64,000 bases of DNA, taken from assembly GCA_965112735.1 (NCBI GenBank), contig OZ218958.1, positions 1,488,001-1,552,000 of the forward strand, read 5' to 3'. This DNA is from Phaeosaccion multiseriatum (Eukaryota > Protista > Ochrophyta, other classes). The position numbers and the translations under genes were made by a program. The notes under the pieces are model-generated. The model was given only the letters and a program-made list of their open reading frames with translations. It was not told where the DNA came from and ran no database searches. This document shows, in pieces, positions 59,021-64,000 of the stretch (positions within the stretch are counted from its first letter, which is position 1; every line of letters begins with the position of its first letter).

Positions 59021-60207
59021 CTCCTAATGCATGGGGACGCATCGGAGGGAGGACAGGCGAAGGCAAAGGGTCGATAATAAGTGTGAGAGATATAAAGCAT
59101 TTATGGGAAGAAGGGGTTGCTTCCGTACCTCTTCCAGCCCGAGCGTCTCTTGCCGGCTGAGGTAGGGCGTCGGAGGCGAGGTCATAGCTCTTCCTCCCAG
59201 CTCCTGCTGCCAGGGCTTTGCGTGAACACGTAGTGGATTTTTCGGAAGAGGAAGTAACGGGAGGTTTGCCATCTGTGAATGGATGAGGAGGCCGCAAGGA
59301 TGCGGCCGCGCGGCGGCGGGACCCAACCTGCACAAAAGTAATACATTCACATGTTGGCGTGGCGCTCCCTCAGAATAGAGACTTTGGGTGGCGCCGATGC
59401 CCCTTTGCCTGTGTCAATCCTGCCTCGTCCTACTCGGCTATTTTCACTCTTTCTCTCTCTGCTTTTCCTCTGCCTTTACTCTGCCTAATCTGCCTACTCT
59501 GCCCTCTGTGCCCACTCTGCCCAGGCTGCCGAGGCTGCCAAACCTTTGCCCACCTTACCCCTCACAGTTGGCGTGCCAGATGCAGAAAGGTCGTCTAAGC
59601 CTCTGCCGTACTTTCCCGGAGTGGTGTGTGTAGACCACCAGATATGATGCTCTGCGAAGCGCCCGCCGACTACGCCCCCCCATGCGATGGAGCTGCTTGA
59701 GCTGCTGCCACGAGCGGTACTTCCAGTAGTACCATTGCTCGCGCCGCTCTGTGCGGTGATGCTGGCGCTCCCTCCGCTGAAAGGCTTTCCTACTGGCTGC
59801 GCTGCTGACTCGTCGAGCCGCACCGCACGACCGGCAATAGCTTCACTTCATGGACAAAGCCATCCACTGCCATTTACTGTATCTCCGGTCTCTGGGTCTG
59901 TACTCAGCCCCCCTTCCCCTCTGCCCCTGGCCCCTCTCGGGAGGTTTGCACAGCAGTCCTGACACTCTCTGTCTGGCCGGTAATATATGTCCTGACACCC
60001 TCTCTCTCTGTGTGTCCTGACACCCTCTCTCTCTCTGCTCTGACACCCTCTCTCTCTCTGTCCTGACACCCTCTCTCTCTCTGCTCTGACGCCCTCTCTC
60101 TCTGTGTGTCCTGACACCCTCTCTCTCTCTGTGTCCTGACACCCGTCTTCTCTCTGTGCTGACACTCCACTCTCTGTCCTGACACCTGTGTAGAGATTTC
60201 CGATCAG

Positions 60208-62457
60208 TCATGGTGAGGGCCTGAACGAGGGGTTGGGCTCTCCCTGAGTAAACCCATACTCCCATACCCCCCCTCTTGTGTCGCCATCACCGCTCTCTGT
60301 CCCCCTGTCTGTCCCCTCTCTGTCCCCTCTCTGTGGCTGTGCATCACTGTCGTTCCTCTCTTGTGCCATCCCTCTCTGTGTCTGTGTGTAACCGTCGATC
60401 ACCGATCACCGATCACCCCGAGGCTGTGTTTGCCGTCTGGGGACGCCCGATGGAGGTCTGCACAGGGGGGACAAGGACCAGAGATGGGCAGAGATTATGG
60501 GCAGAGGAGGGGACAAGGACCATCAGGACCAGAGATTATGGGCAGAGAGGAGGAGAGAGAGAGAGAGAGGGAGAGGAGAAAGAAGGACAAGGACCAGGGA
60601 TGGGCAGAGGAGGAGGGAGAGAGAGGGAGAGAGACGGAAAGAAGGAGAGAGAGAGGGGGAAAGAGAGGGAAAGAAGGAAAGGGGGAGAGAGCAGAGAGAG
60701 AGCAGTACCCGCCCCCCAGCAAAACCGTTTCAAACCCGCTTCGTCCTCCTCCTCCTCCTCCTCCTCCTCCTCCTCCTCCTCCTCCTCCTCCTCCTCCTCC
60801 TCCTCCTCCTCCTCCTCCTCCTCCTCACCTCAAAGTAGGAAAGCTCCGAATCATCCTCCCCGTCCACCCCTGGGGCCGTCCCCCCTGAGTGCTTCTCTCC
60901 CTTAGCGCCCACGTCCGCCGCCCACTTGAGCTTTGCGTGTGCCTTGGAGCGGGCTGTATCACCAATTGCTGTACCGACATGACCTCCTGTAGCATCAACT
61001 GCTGCTCTTGCCTTGACGCCCTTCTTGCTGCGTTTAAGACCGCCAAACGAGCTTCCCGTCCCCGCCCCTCCAGCCCCTCTCGCTGTATCACCAACTGCTG
61101 TATCACCCGTTGCTCCTACGCTGTCGCCATCCGCACTGAGACAGACAACCAAGGGGTCGAGAGTGGGTCGGTAAGAGGTGGGGGGAAAGAGAGAGACTAT
61201 GCATGTGTATATAATACATCCTATACATATATAACATATATATGTCACACATTATATATACATATGCATATATATGTAACACATCCTACCTGCAGTCGGT
61301 GGACGGAGGCGGGGAGGGAGGTGGGGAGGAGGAGCGGAGACCTCTCTTCGCATCCTGGATGATGTGGATGACGTGGATGACGTGGATGATGTGGATGACG
61401 GTGATGACGGTGATGACGTGGATGATGTGGATGACGGTGATGACGTGGATGACGTGGATGATGTGGATGATGTGGATGACGGTGATGACGGTGATGACGG
61501 TGATGACGGTGATGATGTGGATGATGTGGATGATGTGGATGACGGTGATGACGTGGATGACGTGGATGATGTGGATGATGTGGATGATGTGGATGACGTG
61601 GATGATGTGGATGATGAGGATGACGGTGATGACGTGGATGATGTGGATGATGTGGATGATGTGGATGACGAGGATGACGTGGATCATGTGGATGATGTGG
61701 ATGATGTGGATGATGTGGATGACGGTGATGACGTGGATCATGTGGATGATGTGGATGATGTGGATGATGTGGATGATGAGGATGATGTGGATGATGAGGA
61801 TGATGTGGATGATAACAACGGATGGAGTCGGGGGCAGGAGAGGGGCAGGCAGGTTGGGTGACCAAAGCGTCATGCCATTGGATTGCAACTGCAACCTTGG
61901 AAGGCAGGGGAAGAGAGAGAGAGAGAGGCCTGCACATATCGAATGCACTCCACATTTCCACACACCCAACGGACGGCTCAAAGATACTCGTCAGATGGAG
62001 AGAAAGAGAGCGAGAGGAAGAGAGAGAGAGAAAGAGAAGAGAGAGAGAGAGAGGGAGAGAGAGAGAGCGAGAGAGAGAGCGAGGGAGAGAGAGGGAGAGA
62101 GAGAGATAGAGCGGGAGAGAGAAAGAGTGAGAGAGAGAGGAAGAGAGAGAGTGAGAGAGAGAAGAAGAGAGAGAGTGAGAGAGGAAGAGAGAGAGAGTGA
62201 GAGAGGAAGAGAGAGAGAGTGAGAGAGAGAGGGGGGGGGACGGAGGTAAGCAAGAGAGATTGGCCATTCTCGTTCGCTCGCTTGCTTACCTCCGGAGGTG
62301 TGGTTTGGGGGGGGGCGGGCACATAATCGCCTCTGCTAGCGCCTCTGCTGAGTCTGGCGCCCCCACCCACACGCCGCGCCTCACTACCTTCCGCGCCTCC
62401 TCCTCCTGCTGTATCACCAACTGCTGCCGTTGCTTCTGCTGCTTCTGCTGCTTCTGC

Positions 62458-62490
<33 letters not shown>

Positions 62491-64000
62491 CGCCGCCACT
62501 GCCGCCGCTGCTTTCTTAGCCGCTTCTTTAGCTGCTTCTTTGGCGGCGGCTTGTTTGGCCAACGCCTCCACTTTAGCAGCCGCGGCCTCTCTCTCCGCGG
62601 CTTCGACTGCCATCGATACGGCGGGGTGCAGGGCAGTCTTCGCTCGAGTGGATGTGCCGCCGCTGCTAAAGCCGAAGGTACGGCAGGCGTGCGCTGTGAG
62701 GAGGAGGGAGGAGGAGGAGGAGGGGGAGGAGGAGGGGGAGGGAGGGAGAGGGGGGGGGGGAGGAGGGGGAGAAGGAGGGGGAGGAGGAGGAGGAGGAGGG
62801 GGAGGAGGAGGGGGAGGAGGAGGAGGGGGAGGAGGAGGGGGAGGAGGAGGGGGAGGAAGAGGAGGGGGAGGAGGAGGGGGGGGAGGAAGAGGAGGAGGTG
62901 GAGGAGGAGGAGGAGGGTTGACCGTGACCGTGAATGGCGGGTGGGATGGTGATATAGCCACCCGATAGATGGATAGATATCTAGCTACAGAGGATAGGAG
63001 ACATGCATAGGGGGAGACAGTGTTGGTATCTTCTTCTTTTCCTCCTCCTCTCTATAGCTACCTGCGCCTCCTCGGACACTTGCGGCAATCTGAGTGGCCA
63101 CCTGCAGCGGTGGATAGATGGCAGTAGACGGGTAGGAGACGGCAGGGAGAGAAGGGGTGGGGGGGGGGAGGGGGGAGGGAAGTGAAGGGGAGGGAGGGGA
63201 GGGGAGGGGAGGGAAGGGGAGGAGAGGGGAGGGGAGCGGAGCGGAGCGGAGGGGAGGGGATGGGATGGCAAGGAGAGGAGAGAAGAGGATGAGCGTACAT
63301 GAGGAGGGGATGCTGGGGCGGGCGCTGGACTGTATGGGACCTGCCCTTCTCCCTGGCTACTGCCATCCACTGCCATCCTCTGTGCCCACAGCACCACCCG
63401 CTGCCATCCACTGCCATCCACTGCCATACCTGCGGGCCGACGTTGTTGTCCATGAGGTTAATCTCCTTGAGGGCACCCGTGTTGTGCAGTAAGGCAGTGG
63501 CGATGGCCGAGCCGCCTCGAGGACCGAGGTTATTCATGCGAAGGTTCAGAGAGGTCAGAAAGGGGCTGCTTTCCACCACCTAAGGGAGAGGGAGGGAGGG
63601 AGGGACGAACGAAGAAGGGAAGGAAGGAAGGAAGGGAGCGAGGGAGGGAGGGAGGGAGGGAGGAACGAATGGAGGGGAGGGAGGGAGGGAGGGAGGGAGG
63701 GAGGAAGGAATGAAGGGGAGGGAGGGAGAGAGGGAGGGAGGGAGGAAGGAAGGAATGGAGGGGAGGGAGGGTGTGTAAGAGGGCATGTGTGCAGATATTT
63801 TCATCCATCCACTGCCAACTGGGCCGGCAGGCAGTAGGCATATGGGCAGGAGGGAGGCAGGCAGGTAGGCGTTCGGACAGGCATGTCGCCAGGCGCATGA
63901 GTAGGCATATGGGCAGGAGAGAAGGACCCCCCCTCCCCCCCTCACTCACCTGAGCCAGCGCCTGGGCTCCGGTGCCTCCGATGCCGTTGAAGGCAAGGTC
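60208..64000 (-). CDS. 3' part of a ribonuclease-inhibitor-like LRR protein (5' end outside the window)
   Basis: Exons DLAFNGIGGTGAQALAQ (~63950-64000) and VVESSPFLTSLNLRMNNLGPRGGSAIATAL..LKEINLMDNNVGPQ (~63430-63580), then low-complexity exons; a plausible path ends at TGA 60208. Confidence 0.65.
61358..61812. repeat. 9-bp minisatellite (GATGATGTG / GATGACGTG / GATGACGGT variants), probably intronic
   Basis: About 50 units; source of the spurious poly-DDV/MMW/HPH ORFs. Confidence 0.9.

Noticed and set aside
61242-62267. Long ORFs reading poly-MMW, DDV, HPH or IHI
   Set aside because: Artefacts of a 9-bp minisatellite and (GA)n tracts in a probable intron; no splice or start context supports coding.

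Overview
A eukaryotic, GC-rich, intron-dense genomic window. It is most likely from a photosynthetic stramenopile near the brown-algal lineage; this is inferred from gene content and intron style only. Almost every intron holds a microsatellite ((CACT)n, (CCCT)n, (GT)n, (CTAT)n, (CTAC)n), so most ORFs in the supplied track are artefacts and I rebuilt the gene models by hand from splice signals. In order: the 3' end of a Pro/Thr-stalk protein with Cys-rich CRFCGF modules; a LEA-like gene and a frameshifted paralogue; GAA1; a degenerate kinesin fused to a DUF4472/CCDC78-like coiled coil; COX16; a secreted protein with five somatomedin-B-like repeats; an AMN1/FBXL-type LRR gene; a polymorphic-membrane-protein-like (FxxN/GGA) beta-helix surface protein; a ferric reductase/NOX-family gene; a ~6 kb transposon-remnant region with three foldbacks; an SDE2 homologue with extra CCCH and SPRY domains; a RAD18-like gene with a C-terminal NZF finger; a TLC-domain gene; a giant low-complexity IQ-motif ORF; and the 3' part of an RI-like LRR gene. 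The most striking signal is five putative single-codon (3-nt) micro-exons, CAG|NNN|GTRAGT, in the PMP-like gene. Three of them supply exactly the residues missing from one repeat loop, and two sit at the same loop position of the last repeat. Also notable are a 17-bp DNA motif scattered through exons and introns on both strands and in several frames, and SMB repeats built from symmetric micro-exons whose introns all split Cys codons. All calls come from reading the sequence; no searches were run.
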